A model generated the notes under the pieces. The model did no database searches and was not told the origin of the DNA. It saw nothing but the letters and a program-made list of their open reading frames with translations. 64,000 nt of DNA, from the NCBI RefSeq assembly GCF_036321535.1, contig NC_087472.1:102860001-102924000 (forward strand), read 5' to 3'. Below are positions 1 to 13,128 of the stretch, in pieces. This stretch comes from Camelus dromedarius (lineage: Eukaryota). The position numbers and the translations under genes were made by a program. Within the stretch, counting starts at the first letter, position 1. Every line of letters starts with the position of its first letter.

Positions 1-135
1 CACTTACATCATGTCTATGACTACTCTTCTGCTATAATGGCAGAGCTGAGTGGTTGCAACAAGGACCGTACGGCCCACAAAGAGGAAAATGTTCACTATA
101 CGGCCCTTTACAGAAAAGGTTTCCTGGCCCCTGTC
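1..135. mobile_element. hAT-Charlie MITE fragment (MER58-like)
   Basis: Contains GGCAGAGCTGAGTGGTTGCAAC...GGCCCTTTACAGAAAAGGTTTCCTGGCCCCTG, typical of a MER58 end. Confidence 0.7.
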
Positions 136-1859
136 CTATGTGCACTGAATGTATGACCAGGGCTCCCATTTCTCTTGTTTTCTCCCTGTCCACACCGAAG
201 CTGTTGGTTCCTTCTTTAGACAGAGGAAAGCCCGTCTTCCACTTCACATAGCACCGCCTGTTAGACTCACTAATTTGTGATAATGAAGAGAACAGGCCAC
301 TAACCTCTGCTGCTGGTCTTCCAATATTAAACCCTCATGGCTCAGGATGCTAAGTCAACTTATCAGCACATTAAAATACTAATTTAGTATCTCAGGCTAT
401 GCTTGGCGCTATGGATATAAAAGCCCCAGGCCACAAAGGATTTAAAATCTAGTTGAGGAAATGAGATATACTCAAGTAAAGCCCTTAAAGAACAAGAGAA
501 TGATACTGACATATGTCTATTCCCCTTGGTGGAGCACTCAGAACAGATGAAGCGCTGTCATCATGGTACAGACACGTGAGTACATGTTTGATTAGAAACC
601 TACTTTATATCTAACTACGGAATATAAAACTCAAGTCCCATTTCCTTAACTTGAAGAAGAGGAAACTAGTGCCCATACGGGACCCACAGCCAGTTAGCTG
701 AGAACCAAGACTAGAACCTCTGTCTCTGAATCCAAGTCTATAGACTTCAGATTCACAGGCTTTTTTAAAGCACAAGTGAAACATGCTTGAAAATAAATAC
801 TGACTACATTTATCTTCATCCTGTAGTATATGTATGTATTCCTGAAGCCTTCATTTTAACCTTCAATTTCACTTCTGTTGACAATCTAGGAAAGAAAAGA
901 TCAAATTCTGTTTTTTCTGCTCTTCTGTGATGTTTCCAATCATTTAAAGTGGTAGGGGAAAAGAAAATGATGAAATTCTTAACAATCTGTCTTGATCACC
1001 ATTTATTTTAAAAGAAACATGCATTTCCCATATGTTCTCACAGAGAAACCACCGTAATTTTGTTTTTACATAATTTTATATTTTTTAAAATTGTGTTTAA
1101 AATAGTTCTCATAACAGAGGCCTGACCCTAGTATGAAACTGCCTGACAATAAAAAGCACCACCACCAAACAGAAAAAAGAAACCTTGAAAAGCTTTAAGT
1201 TGATCTTTAATTATTCTATTTATATGTAGACAACATAGAAATAAGTGAGTCACACGGACATATTATTGTCACAGTAAATTCTTCTCACATTGGAAATAAA
1301 TTCCTTTATTTGCTGCGTTTCGCATTTTCCCCCTATTTCTTTCCCATGTAACCTTTAGCCATCACCACTGGCCAACTGGTCTGAATACAAGACAAAAAAA
1401 GAAAAAGTAATAAAGAAGTGAAATTTAAAGAAGTGTACCTTAGCAACCTTTTTGGCCCTGCTGGTCCCATGAAATTTCAGCTGTTATCAATCACTGCGTA
1501 ACTAAATATTGGCTCTAGCTCCTGCTTATTGGGGCTAAGAGTCCTGGCCAAGTTGAAAGATCCCAGAGGCTTTGATGTACCTATGATACTTGGCAGTGTC
1601 CACTGCTGCAGGCCTCAGCTGAGATTCCTGACTTACTCACTTTAAGGTTAGCCAGAGCTCATTTCTCTGAATCTAAATTGCTGATTTAATTTGAGACTCT
1701 AAACGCTGATTCCCCACATCTGACTAGGTAGTTGGGTACTCCTCTCTAGAGGAACTGGTATGTGGATAGCTTCGGGGACAGCAGATCAGGTCTTTAAGAA
1801 GAGGTGGTACAGGATTCTCCACTTCTGATCATGACAACCTAGCCTGATGCTGACCTACT

Positions 1860-3810
1860 CTTCTGAAATGAAAAGGTAGACAATCTCTTCCAAAACATCA
1901 GAGAAATACCAAGGCAGTAAGGACTTGAGGGACCAAAATCCTAGGGAGAAGGGAAGCACAAAGAGATGAAGCTGTTATTCAGCATCACTTTCCCCCTTAC
2001 AGCATTTACCAAATTTCAAGCAGTAGCAGAGAAAATGAGAGCTGAGAAGAGCTACTAGCAGTTTCAGGATGAAGAGGAATAATAAATGGAGTTCAGGGCC
2101 CACCAAAGAGAGGTGTCCAGGTAACCCCCCCCCCCAGGCTTACAGTTAAGATGCCCAAAGGGGTACACTCTAGCAGTACAGGTGAACCGGAAACAGACCA
2201 ATTCTCACAAAGACCAAAGCCCAGCCTCCAATCTGCTCAATCCCTGTTTCGGTCAGATGCACTGCCACCTCCTACCTGCCCGGAAGAAGCAAAAGCTAAT
2301 CTTTTGTGGAAGATAATACCATCCAGAGCCCCAAATTATCTATAATTCTTCATACACAAAATCAGGTAGTCAAACTAAAATTGCTTTGTATACCAGGAGA
2401 CAAAACAAAATGACCAAAAAACAAGAGAGGAAATATATAAATGAAACAGACTTCTAGAGATTCCACATGTTAGAGTTACCCAAGAGGGAGTTTATAATAT
2501 ATTAGGACTAATTCAAGAAATTAGGTGATAAAATAAAACTAAATAGAAATTCAAGAATTGCAATATCCAATAACTGAAATTAAGAATTAAATTGAAGCTT
2601 CAGAAGCAGACTAGACACAGCTGAAGAAAGGATTCATGAGCTGAAAAATGGCCAGACTGAAGTACTGTGAGAAAAACAAATGGAAAATACAGAAAGGTAA
2701 TAGAAATGTATCGGTGAAATGGTGAAATGAAATTGCGTTTAAAATAGTTTCCGGTCACAGAGGCCTGACCCAAGTATAAAACTGCCTGCCTCAATAAAAG
2801 CAAAAACAACCAAAAGGGGAAAAAAACTTGAAAAGCTTTAAGTTAACCTGTAGTTATTCTATTTATATGTACACAGCATAAAGAAGGAGAGGAAAAAAGA
2901 GAATGGGACAGAAGCAATCTTTGAAGTTGTAATGGCTGAGAACTTTCCAAATGTGGCTAAAATCTTCAAGTCACAGATTTAAGAAAAAAGCTATGAATCT
3001 CAAGCAGGAAGAATACAAAGAAAACCACACTAAGTGCTTCATAATAATGCTGCTGAAAACCAAAGATAAAGAGAAACATCTTAAAATCAGTCAAAGAGGA
3101 AAAAAAATCAATAATTTTAAAGGAGCTACAATGAAACTATCTGACTTCACAGTGGAATGGCAACTGCAAAGTGGGAAAGATAAGAATTCTATGCCCAGTG
3201 ATGATATCCTCCCCAAATTACATCAAATAAAGACAAATGAAACCAGAAAATGTATCCCTATTAGACTTACATGAAGTGAAACACTGAAGGGCAGTCTCTG
3301 GGCAGAAGTAAAATGATCTCAGATGATGTCACAGACATGCAGGAAGGAATGGAGAGCAAGAAAAGGTGAATACAGAAATAAATCTAAAGGTAGATATGTA
3401 AGTAAATGTAAGTATATGTAAAAACAATTAACATTACGTCTTGAGGGTTTTAAAACATGGAGAGAATTGAAATATGGAACAATAACCAAAAAAAAAAAAA
3501 ATACAGGAGGGAATTAGAATGAAGTTAAAGTGTCCTATTACCCTTGTCTGGGAAGTGGGAAAGTTCTAATTTACAGTAAAATTTATTAAGTCAAAGGTAT
3601 GTGTTGTAAACACTAGGGTAGCCCCTAAAAAATATTAAGAGTTTGTATAACTAACAAATTCATCCTGGGGCCCTGGGGGAGGATAGAATCATTAAAATGT
3701 TTAATTTATTTAAAAGATGGCAAGAAGGGAGAGAAAAGGGATTATGAAACAGGTAAGACCAACAAAAAATGAATAATAAAATGGTCAGTTTAAACCCAAC
3801 TATATCAGCA
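1860..3810 (+). mobile_element. Old L1 (L1M-type) 5' region and ORF1 remnant
   Basis: Degenerate ORF1 signatures (AGCAGACTAGACACAGCTGAAGAAAGGATT; ATGGCTGAGAACTTTCCAAA; KTKDKEK-like translation); A-rich plus strand. Confidence 0.75.
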
Positions 3811-3849
3811 AAATCAAGTTTATCAGAGTGTCTGTGTTTATAGGGCAGA

Positions 3850-4265
3850 AATCTGTTGCCAAATTACAAATAGCAAATACGTTTGTGTGAAGTCACTCAT
3901 ATTATGCATACCCACAAAATACCAGCATTGATGAAGTTAACTTAAAACTCATAATGCAAAGACATTCATGGTAGAAAGGTTAATGGGCATCATCAATTAA
4001 ATGAGTATTTAAGATTACTCAAGGTACAAGAAAACTTGAAATGCTGTGAAATTTTACAGCTAGTATAGGAAAGAAACTTGATAGTGGCTTTCTCAGATAA
4101 TCCTCAACATTTGATAATAGCCCTAAACATTTATATGACATTACCAATAATGAGTTATGAAGCTGAGAGAAACTTTTCAAACCTCTCATTAGTAATAAGT
4201 CAATTTGAATCAACCATGCTAGAAGACTGTGTTATCTTTCTCATTTCTCTATATAAAAAGATATC
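3850..4265 (+). mobile_element. hAT transposase fossil (C-terminal dimerisation domain; hAT-Tip100/Zaphod-like)
   Basis: ORF 4078-4320 encodes IALNIYMTLPIMSYEAERNFSNL...FESTMLE, matching the hATC pattern L-T-L-P-x-x-S-x-x-x-E-R-x-F-S...R-S-T-M. The left boundary is approximate. Confidence 0.75.
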
Positions 4266-4267
4266 AC

Positions 4268-4744
4268 CCAAAAGGCACATGAAAAGATGCTCAACATTGC
4301 TAAACATCAGGGAAATGTAAAGCAAAACCACGATGAGATATCATCTCACACCTTTTAGAATGGCCGTCATCAGAAAGAACACAAATGCGAGGACGTGGAG
4401 AAAAGGGAACCCTTGTACACTTTTGGTGGGAATGTAATTTGGTGCAGCCACTGTGGAAAACAGTAGGGAGGTTTCTTGAAAAACTAAAAACAGAACTACC
4501 ATATGACCCAGCAATTCCACTCCTGAGTATATATCCAAAAAAAGAAAAAAACAAAACTACTAGTTCAAAAAGACACATGCACCCCAATATTCATAGCAGC
4601 AATATTTACAATAGCCAAGATTTGGAAGCAACCTAAGCGTCCATAGACAGATGAGTAGATAAAGAAGATGTGGTATATTTGTACAATGGAATACTACTCA
4701 GCCATAAAAAAGAATGAAATTCTGCCATTTGCAGCAACATGGAC
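4268..4744 (+). mobile_element. L1 ORF2 3' fragment
   Basis: Translates as [21 protein letters not shown]...[11 protein letters not shown] and [24 protein letters not shown]. Confidence 0.9.
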
Positions 4745-5004
4745 AGTAGAATCTACCAGAATTCATTCCTTCCTTTATTCCTTCCTTCTTATATCCATCC
4801 ATTCAGGTACTCAACAAACTCTTCTCAAGCACGTACCACAGGTTAGGGACTGTCCTAATGTCACAGAATATGCTAATGAATGCCATAGCCTCCTTTTTTT
4901 TTTTTTTTTTTTTTTGGAGCTTATATTCTAGTGTTAGGAGACAGACAGTAAACAGATAAACAAACAAATGAGCAAAATAATTCTCAAGGAAATAAAAGTG
5001 GATG

Positions 5005-5535
5005 ATATTTACCCAAGAGAAATTAAGACATCCATCTCTACAAAAACTGAATGTTTATGACAGCTTGATTCATGATCACTCAAAACTGAAAACAACCCTA
5101 ACACTCACTAACTGAAGAACAGATAAACTAGTCTAGCCATGCAATGGACAACTACTCAGCAGTAAAAAGGAACAGACTACTGATAGATGCAACAACTTGA
5201 GTTGAAAGAAGCCAGACTCAAACAACTACAGACTGTGTGATGTTATTCATATGATATTTTGGAAAAGATCAGGGGCTACCAGGGGCTTTATTTTCTGTAA
5301 GATTAACTTAGTGTGTAATGGAGGTTAGAAACTAAAGAGTTTGGATGTGGAGGAAATAAAAACCCCTTCTGGGTAGAGGAAGGAGATAGACTACGAAGGG
5401 ACATAAGAGAACTGGGGGACTGTTCTGTATTTTGATTGTGGTTGTTACCTGACAGTATAAGTTTGTGAAAATTCATAGAAATGCACACCTAAAAGTTTAC
5501 ACTGTATGTAAATTACACCTCAATCAACCTGAAAG
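5005..5535 (+). mobile_element. Old L1 (L1MB/MC-like) 3' end inserted in an L2 remnant
   Basis: TTTACCCAAGAGAAATTAAGAC...ACTACTCAGCAGTAAAAAGGAAC...TGTATGTAAATTACACCTCAAT, flanked by L2-like sequence at 4760-5000 and 5540-5640. Confidence 0.7.
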
Positions 5536-6625
5536 AAGGAACTGGATGGTAGAAGAGTGCTGGTCATTCCTTTAGACTGAGTGGTCAATGAGGTCCTCCT
5601 ACAGAAGGTGACATTCAATGTGTAAAATGAACCAGCAGCCTGTTGGGGGTTACTAGGCAGATCAAATCATTTCAAGTAGCAGCAAATATCAAATGCTAAT
5701 CTAATACTTAATAACCAGAATTTCAAAGATGACTGTAATAAACAAAATCCCTTTAACTAATACTGGGAAGTAGCAAAAGGAATGAAGAAACTTTTTTCTT
5801 TTATTCTGCAAAACATGTGCTTTAATTAAGAGAGAATTTATGCAAACACCACACACCAAGAGGATTTACAAGTGCAAAAATGCAAATTTAGTCTATTTTC
5901 AAAGGATGGTATTGATAAGCACAGTTCAAAAAAACTCACCAGGGAGACCTTTCAGTCTCTGCTCTGTTGCATGATTAAGTATGAGCCTTTTTTTTTTTTA
6001 CCTCCATGCATTTTAAGTTGCCAGAAATGATAATTAATCACATAAAAGTCTACCACTTTAAGAGATAATGTGTGAGAGGGTGCTGCCCTTCTCCCCACAG
6101 CCCTCTAACGTCTTGCTGGGAAAGCCCACGTCAATTGCACCTGCCCTCTGACACCCAAGAGGCCGCCAGCAGCTGGGACAGACCCATCACTGTGCGGAGG
6201 CACCAGCTGAGATTCCTTCCAGAGACGCAGCATGTGCTTCAGAAAAATCACCCTCTAGAGGAGTCGTGGACTGGCGGCTCATGTAAACTCCTCCAACAGA
6301 GAGACTTTCTGGGAAAGATGTTTTACAAGAAATTCAATCGTCCTCTCTTGGGAGAAAGGGCCAGTCTCCCTGGAATCAGTGAAGCTGAGCTTGTAGAACA
6401 CTAGAGGAGCCTTTGGAATCACTGAGATGATCCCCTCGGAAGGGGACCAACTTGGATTAACTCAGGGTACCTCCCTCAGAACAGCAGGGTTTGAGGATCA
6501 GTAGTTCCCACTGAGCAGAGAAGGGAAATGGAATCAGACTCTGTTTGATGGTTTCTGAAGAAAATTTTTCAGAGCCCCTGAAGAAATTGGGACTTGGAGG
6601 TCCTAGTCTGACTCTACCCTGAATT

Positions 6626-7536
6626 TGTGGTAAAAAGGCCAAATTCTATCACTACTTTTGGTCTCTGTGTCAAACAAGGTGAGAAACTGTCATTTAGAAA
6701 TGTATATTTGGTCATTCAGATGACCAAACATCTATTTCTTGTATGTATTTCGTCTTTGTTCATAGTCCCTGGCTCACAGCTCCTAAAACCCTTGGAATTG
6801 CCTAAGTGTGTGGAGAGTGATACAGGTGTCTTTGTTATGTTAATAGAGTGACTTTTGGAAAGCACTCAAAGGGGGCTGGTCACCAAGAGACTCTACCAGG
6901 TGATTAGAAGGTTGGAACTTCCAGTCCCATCCTTAGACCTTTTGGGAGGGGGGAGGGGCTGGAGGTTGAATCAATTGCCAATGGCCAATGGTTTAATCAG
7001 TCACGACTATGTAATGAAGCTGCCATAAAAACCCAAAAGCACAGGGTTGGGAGAGCTTCCCAGTTGAATACGTGGAGAGATTTGAGGAGAGTGGCACCCC
7101 TGGAGAGGACATGGAAGCTTTGTGCCCTTTCCCCATACCTTGCCCTGTGTATCTCTTCCATTTGGCTGTCCTGAGGATAAAAGCACTGTCACCTTTTATA
7201 ATAAACCAGTGATTTAATAAGTAACATGGTTTTCTGAGTTCTGTGAGTCGCACTAGCAAATTAATGGAACCTGAGGAGATGGGGTTGTGGGAATCTGATT
7301 TTTAGCCAGTTGGTCAGAAGCATAGGTTTGTGACTGGCATCTGAAGGGGGTGGGGGGAGTGGAATGCAGTCTTGTAGGACTGAGTTCTCAACCAGTGGGA
7401 TCCGATGCTACCTCTGGGTTGACAGTGTCAGAAATGAGTTGAATTCTCAGACACCTAGCTGGTATTCTGAGAACTGCTTGTTGGATATGTGGGGAATCCA
7501 CTCCCCCATTGTTGTAAACTGAGTCTCAGAACACCA
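6626..7536 (+). mobile_element. Solo LTR, MER21-like
   Basis: Contains CACAGCTCCTAAAACCCTTGGAAT, GTGATTAGAAGGTTGGAACTT and GCCAATGGCCAATGGTTTAATCA; TG start and CA end. Confidence 0.75.
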
Positions 7537-8379
7537 TTTCCATGGGCTCGAACTTTAAGATGATTTCTACTTGTAGCTGCTGAACTTTATCATTTTGTCA
7601 CTGCTCAAACATCAACCCAGCTGTAGTTATGGTCATCTTACTAGATGGAAGGTGGGCCTGGGTGTCGCAGCAGGCGCAGACCCCATGGAGCTTCCCACAT
7701 GATTAAGGAGGTGGAAAGCACATCTATGAAAAGGACCCAGTAGTACAAGGTAGGCTAGATTTGCTATTTAATGAAACTTATAGGCAAAAATATCTTGGGA
7801 AGGGGAAAACAGTCAGTGAAAGCAGATCTGGAAATGCTTCAGAGAGGAGAAGGGCTTGAGAGACTGGTAGGATTTGGACAGATGGAGGAAAGAGCCCAGC
7901 CATCAGGGAGGGGAAATGAAGTCAAAGAGGGGAGAAGTCAGGCAGCACATGTGGGAGACAGTAAGAATTTAGCTTGAGCAGTGTTTGTTCTGGTGAGTTT
8001 TGAGATAGGAAAGTAAAAAGTTAGACTGGCAGATGGCAGATGGCCTGGCAAAAGAGAATGGAAGGACCAGACAGAAGTTCATAATGCAGACCCAGAAAGT
8101 GAACCCCACATGCATCCTACAGAGAGTCTCAAAACCTCATCAATGAGATGCCTGAAGTCCCCAAGCCTGTGACTAGTGATTGTATTGGGTTGCCTGTATT
8201 CTTCCCTCTTCATCTTTGAGTGTATTCCAATATAAGATACTTTACAGACAGGAAGAGCCTGTGCAGCTGGGATGCATCTGATACTTGCCTATCTGAGGAA
8301 TTCCTGATACCCTCAATGAAAGAGAGCAGCTAACATGGATCATGGGAAAGAAATTTGGACCCCAAGACACAGAGCGAAC

Positions 8380-8585
8380 TCTCTGCTGCACTGTCCAACA
8401 GCACTTTCTGCAATGATGAAGATATTCTGTATCTGAGCTGTCTGACAGAATCACACATGGCACTGAGCACTTGACATGTGGCTGGTGTGACTAGGGAACT
8501 GAATTTTTAGTTTTATTTAAATTAAATCTAAATTTAAATAAGCACATGTGATTAGTGGCTCCCATGTTGGACCATGCAGCTCTAG
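8380..8585. mobile_element. hAT-Charlie MITE (MER3-like)
   Basis: CTGCACTGTCCAACAG...CACATGGCACTGAGCACTTGACATGTGGCT...TTGGACCATGCAG with inverted termini. Confidence 0.75.
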
Positions 8586-8774
8586 ATGTCAGGAAAGGTT
8601 GAAAACTACATTATCTCATAATTCCTGCAATGAATTCAAAGAATCTATACTTCAAGAAGTTTCCATAAATGTAATACTTTCCTGTTTCTTTACACATTCT
8701 AAATCACAAGGGAGGGGAAAACTTAAGAAAAATCTTTTCCATGGAATCAGGGAAGGATCACCTTACAGTGGACT

Positions 8775-8903
8775 TTGGTTTTGGGGGGGGGGGTGGTAAT
8801 TAGGTTTTTTTGTTTTTTTGGGAAGGTACTAGGGATTGAACCCAGGACTTCATGCATGGTAAGTAGGCACTCTACCACTTGTGCTATACCACCCCCCCCC
8901 CCC
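8775..8903 (-). mobile_element. tRNA-derived SINE (camelid Vic-1-like)
   Basis: Minus strand GGTATAGCACAAGTGGTAGAG...GGGTTCAATCCCTAGTACC with A and B boxes and a CCTAATTACC tail; degenerate TSD TTACA(G/A)TGGA. Confidence 0.8.
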
Positions 8904-10489
8904 TTTACAATGGAACTGCTAATTGTCTTATAATGGAACTGTCCTTAGGACTTATTCTGTCAGCTCCATTCTAGCAGAAATAAAACTGAGTAATAATACT
9001 AAAGCAGACACAATATAACTTGGACATTATATGCTGTTAACATTAAATCCAGCTTTATACTTTACAATTATTCTGGAAAAAACCACAAGCCCTCCTTACC
9101 CTTTTCCTGTTAACGGTTCAATTTGGGTCTTAAATTCTATTTACATAATACTTGAGGCACCTAGTGCAGAGATGGGCACCTAGTAGGAAAGACTAGTATG
9201 TAAAAAAATCTATCCATCCATCCCAAACATTCACCTATCTATCCAACCATCTGTCCATCCATCTACCCATCTGTTTATCCTCCAAATCGATTTACTGATT
9301 CACAAAGAACAGCTTTTCTCTCATTTGCCCAAATAATGAGAGCTTAATAGAGAGGAACAGATTAGAAGGAGGTGACTGTGTGATATATTTTTGAAGAGTA
9401 TGCTTTCAGATGCTTAACCATAATTTTAATTAATCAATATTTGTTGATCACCCATTTGGTACAAGAAACCATCTGAGGCACTGTAAAACTTAAGAATATA
9501 TAAGAAATCTGTGCCTTCAACAGTCTTAATAATCTGCTTGAAAAGTCAAAGCAATGAATATATGAGAGACTAAAAGAAGACAAATGAGTGAAATACTTCA
9601 AAACAGCAAGATGAAGGATGTCACAAGATAATTCATGTCTCAGATAATGAGCCTCATGTTTAGAAGAGGGTTAGAAAATTTGGGCTAGAATGGTCCAACT
9701 TAGGGCTTTAAGGAGAAGGGTTGAGGCAGATTCCGAATGGCAGGCAATACGACAGAAAAAAAATTATAATATTTTAAAATTTGGAAGGACCTTAGAAATA
9801 ACCTAGCTCAACCCTATTATTTTATAGATGATTCAACTAAGGTCAGAGAGTTATGTGACTGGTCAGACTCCCTTATATGAGTAGTAACGGCAGAAAAATA
9901 AAACCTAAAATGTAGGGCTGTTGACACCCATTCCACCCCCATACATCACATGGGATGCAGAGAAGTCTTCTATTTAGTAAAGGAGAAAGCATTCTGGAGA
10001 GTGGATGTGACACAGCGTAAGCAAGGGAGCAGAGCCAGGAAGTCGTCAGTATAACCACTGAGTGTGAGGACATCAGTCTGTGTAAGGATGGGAAGAAGGG
10101 CGGGGTGGGACTAATAGTGAAGGGGCTTGAATGCAAATCTGCAACTGGTCAATGGTGTGAAACCCAGAATTCTGGTTCCTGGGACTGCCTTGAAGTCTCC
10201 CTTTAGTGCCAACAGTATACACTTTTTTAGAAAAATGTTATTTTCATATCAACAAAGACTCAAGTTCACCTGGGAAAGGGAAGGACTACAGAAGAGAGGT
10301 TAGGATGAGTACTCACATTGCTGGTCAACTTACTGGGGGCAGGGATGGATGATTACCATCCATCTTAATTCAGTAAATTTAGGATGGGGGCTAAGGATCT
10401 GCATATTTTGAAGCTCGCCAATGACTGCAATGGCCATCCAGTTTAGAGGGTCTTCTGGATCACTCTTTCACCAATCTGTCAGATACAGA

Positions 10490-11045
10490 CTACCACTTTG
10501 GAAAACTTTGACAATATTTACTAAATACCTGCCCCCTTTGCTCTAGCAATTCCTCTCCCAGGCATATACTCAAGAGAAACACTTATGTTCCCCAACAGGC
10601 ATGACAAAGAATATCCAGAGCAGGTTATTATCAGCCTCAAACTGGAAATAACCCAATGTCCATCAGTATTAAAATGGATAAACTGAGGCATACTGATACA
10701 ATGGAATACTACACAACAATTAAAAAGAATAAGCCATTGCTATGTGCACCAGCATGGATGACTATCCCAGACATAACAATAAGCATAAGAAGTATGACTC
10801 CATTTATATGAGATTAAAGAACTGGCAAAAATAATATATGATAATTAAACTCAGAATAGTGATTACCTCCCTATGGAGGTGGGTATTAACTGGAAAGGGA
10901 CATAAAAGAAACTCCCGGGGTGCTGGAAGTGTTCTATATCTCTGTCTTGGTGGTGCTTATGTTGTTATATAGAATATGTGGAGATATATTGAAGTGCACA
11001 CTTGTTTAGTTAACTGTATATAGATTATACCTTGTTGAGAAGAAA
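10490..11045 (+). mobile_element. Old L1 3' end (L1MC/ME-like)
   Basis: ACCACTTTGGAAAAC...AAACTGGAAATAACCCAAATGTCCATCAG...GGTGCTGGAAGTGTTCTATATCT. Confidence 0.75.
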
Positions 11046-13122
11046 AAATACAGATATTGTGTATGTGTGTGTGTATTTGCCATGCCAACCTCATGAGGTT
11101 GTTATAAGACTCCGATAGCTTTTAAAGATGAGATAAGTAGATAAGTATGGTCTCATATATTGTAACTAGCTCAATACCTATTCTTGTTGAAATTGGTGAG
11201 AGGCATGACTTATGATTCAGGTAATCTATCAGCTTTTTTAAGCCTTAGCAAAACACAAAAAGTCAGTTATATGGAAGCTTACAGTAATTTCTGAACTTGG
11301 GAAAGACATGCAGTAATTATAAACTTACTGAGAACACAACCGAAGCTGCCAAATGGTGCACCCTGGCTTTTGAGAGAGCCTTTCTGCTGATGTGAACTTG
11401 GTCTGCTTTGCAACTCCAGAGAAGAGTTCCCTGCAGCTGCATCTTTCCATTGCATGCCCTCACTGTCCTCTCCCCTACCCCTATCTCACCCCAGGAAGAT
11501 AGGAAACACCATCTGTACCACTGCACTCATTAATCCAGAAACCAAAATCTCATCTTCCCATCAAGAAAATGACCCTCATCCTGAGGTGCCCCCGGCCATC
11601 AGTAATGAGCCACAGACCTGCTGCTAGCTCCACAGTTTGCCTGCCCTAGCTCAACAGTAAGACTGTCTGTGGTCATCGTTGGTCCCTGGTGGGCGCATGT
11701 TCAAGGTTAGAGCAAGCTAGGGATGAGTGGTAGGAACTGAGAAACCCTGTCCAGTCGGCGCCATATGCAAACCTCGTTCCTGGGCTCTTATTTTTCAGTC
11801 TGTGAAAAAGTTGTGTGTGCTGTGCAGTGTACTTCAGGTAGCTAAGTATAAACACATGCCTACAAATACTGATAACACTATCTTTATTTGTCCATTACTC
11901 CACAAAGCCAGATCACCTGGGGACTGTTTGTTCCTCTACAAGGTGAGAATCCGGCACCATATGTATTTAAATGTGGGACATTTTCTTCAGAGTATAAATT
12001 TTCAAGAGCTGCTTCTGTGCCTTTCCTAGTACACTCTCAGATCCCTGTGTATCTTTAATACCATAACATACAGTTGATTTTCAAATAAAAATTTATAGTC
12101 TCTGGTTCACTGTACCACTTTTTCTTAATTTGACCATATGGTCTACGATGTGTCTGGAGTCTCTTCATTCCCATGTCCAAGTTCTAGAGCTCAGAGTACA
12201 TAAGACATGTTCAGCAATTCATGTGAACAACCTGCAGATACTTCGTGACTGGTTAATTCAAGCAAGTGTTTTTTACATGATAGACACTTGATAAATGCTC
12301 CAAGAATAATTATGAATTTTTAAGAATGAATAGATGTGAAATTTTCAGCAATATGTTTACATAAGAAATGTAGTTCACAAATATGCAGATTTTCCAGAAT
12401 AAAACATTATACTGGACTCTCTCCTCACCCCCAAAAAACCCCAAAGGTACTATATATGGAAGTACATCAATAAAGATATTAAAATTTGAAATCAGCCTTG
12501 AATAGAGCTTTCTCAAGAACAAAAATCCAAACAATGCCTGATTTCACTTAAGAAATACTTAGAAAAAACAACACACAAACTATTCAGTTACAGAGAGCCA
12601 AACACAAAATCAGCTGTAAGAAAAGTTAAACTGTTTGAAGAAAATGGATTTCAAGGAAATGCCACTTATTTTCTCCTTTTTGTTCTTTCTGAAAGAACAT
12701 TTGAAGAAGAAATGCAATGGGACTTTTCTATTCTCTGAAGACTCTGAATTGCTTCCAAGAAACGTTTGCCTGGGGTTTAAACTCTACTAGGTGTAATTTT
12801 TTTTTTCTCTCACCAATTAATTTTGCGGCGAGGGAGAAGTTAGGAAAAGGCAAGGTTAAATCAATTGTCTCCAGAAAATGCACCTCAATGTTATGCTCCG
12901 AGATCTTTCTTTTTCTCTCTTGTCCCCGCCAACCACTTACTTTTCTTTCTTAAACCAAGATGCCAACCACAAGAAGTAATCCTTAGAAGAGAAACATGCT
13001 GGGAAGGGAATCAGAGTTTGAGGAAAACCTCCCTTTGTGCAAACAGCCCTATTTGTCCCAACATGGTAGCTCATTTACTGAGGCATCTACCCCTCTGAGA
13101 GAGAATGTCACTTTCCTCCGGG

Positions 13123-13128
13123 ACTTAC
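13123..13128 (-). other. GRPR: Splice donor of GRPR intron 1 (phase 2)
   Basis: Minus strand reads GACAG|GTAAGTCC, a perfect consensus donor that splits the Arg codon of DRY. Confidence 0.95.

Larger units (their letters stand above)
1..13128 (-). other. GRPR: GRPR intron 1 (partial; exon 2 lies beyond the window start)
   Basis: Follows the donor. No ORF in the track resembles the expected exon 2 (YKAIVRPM...), and the region is mostly repeats. Confidence 0.85.
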
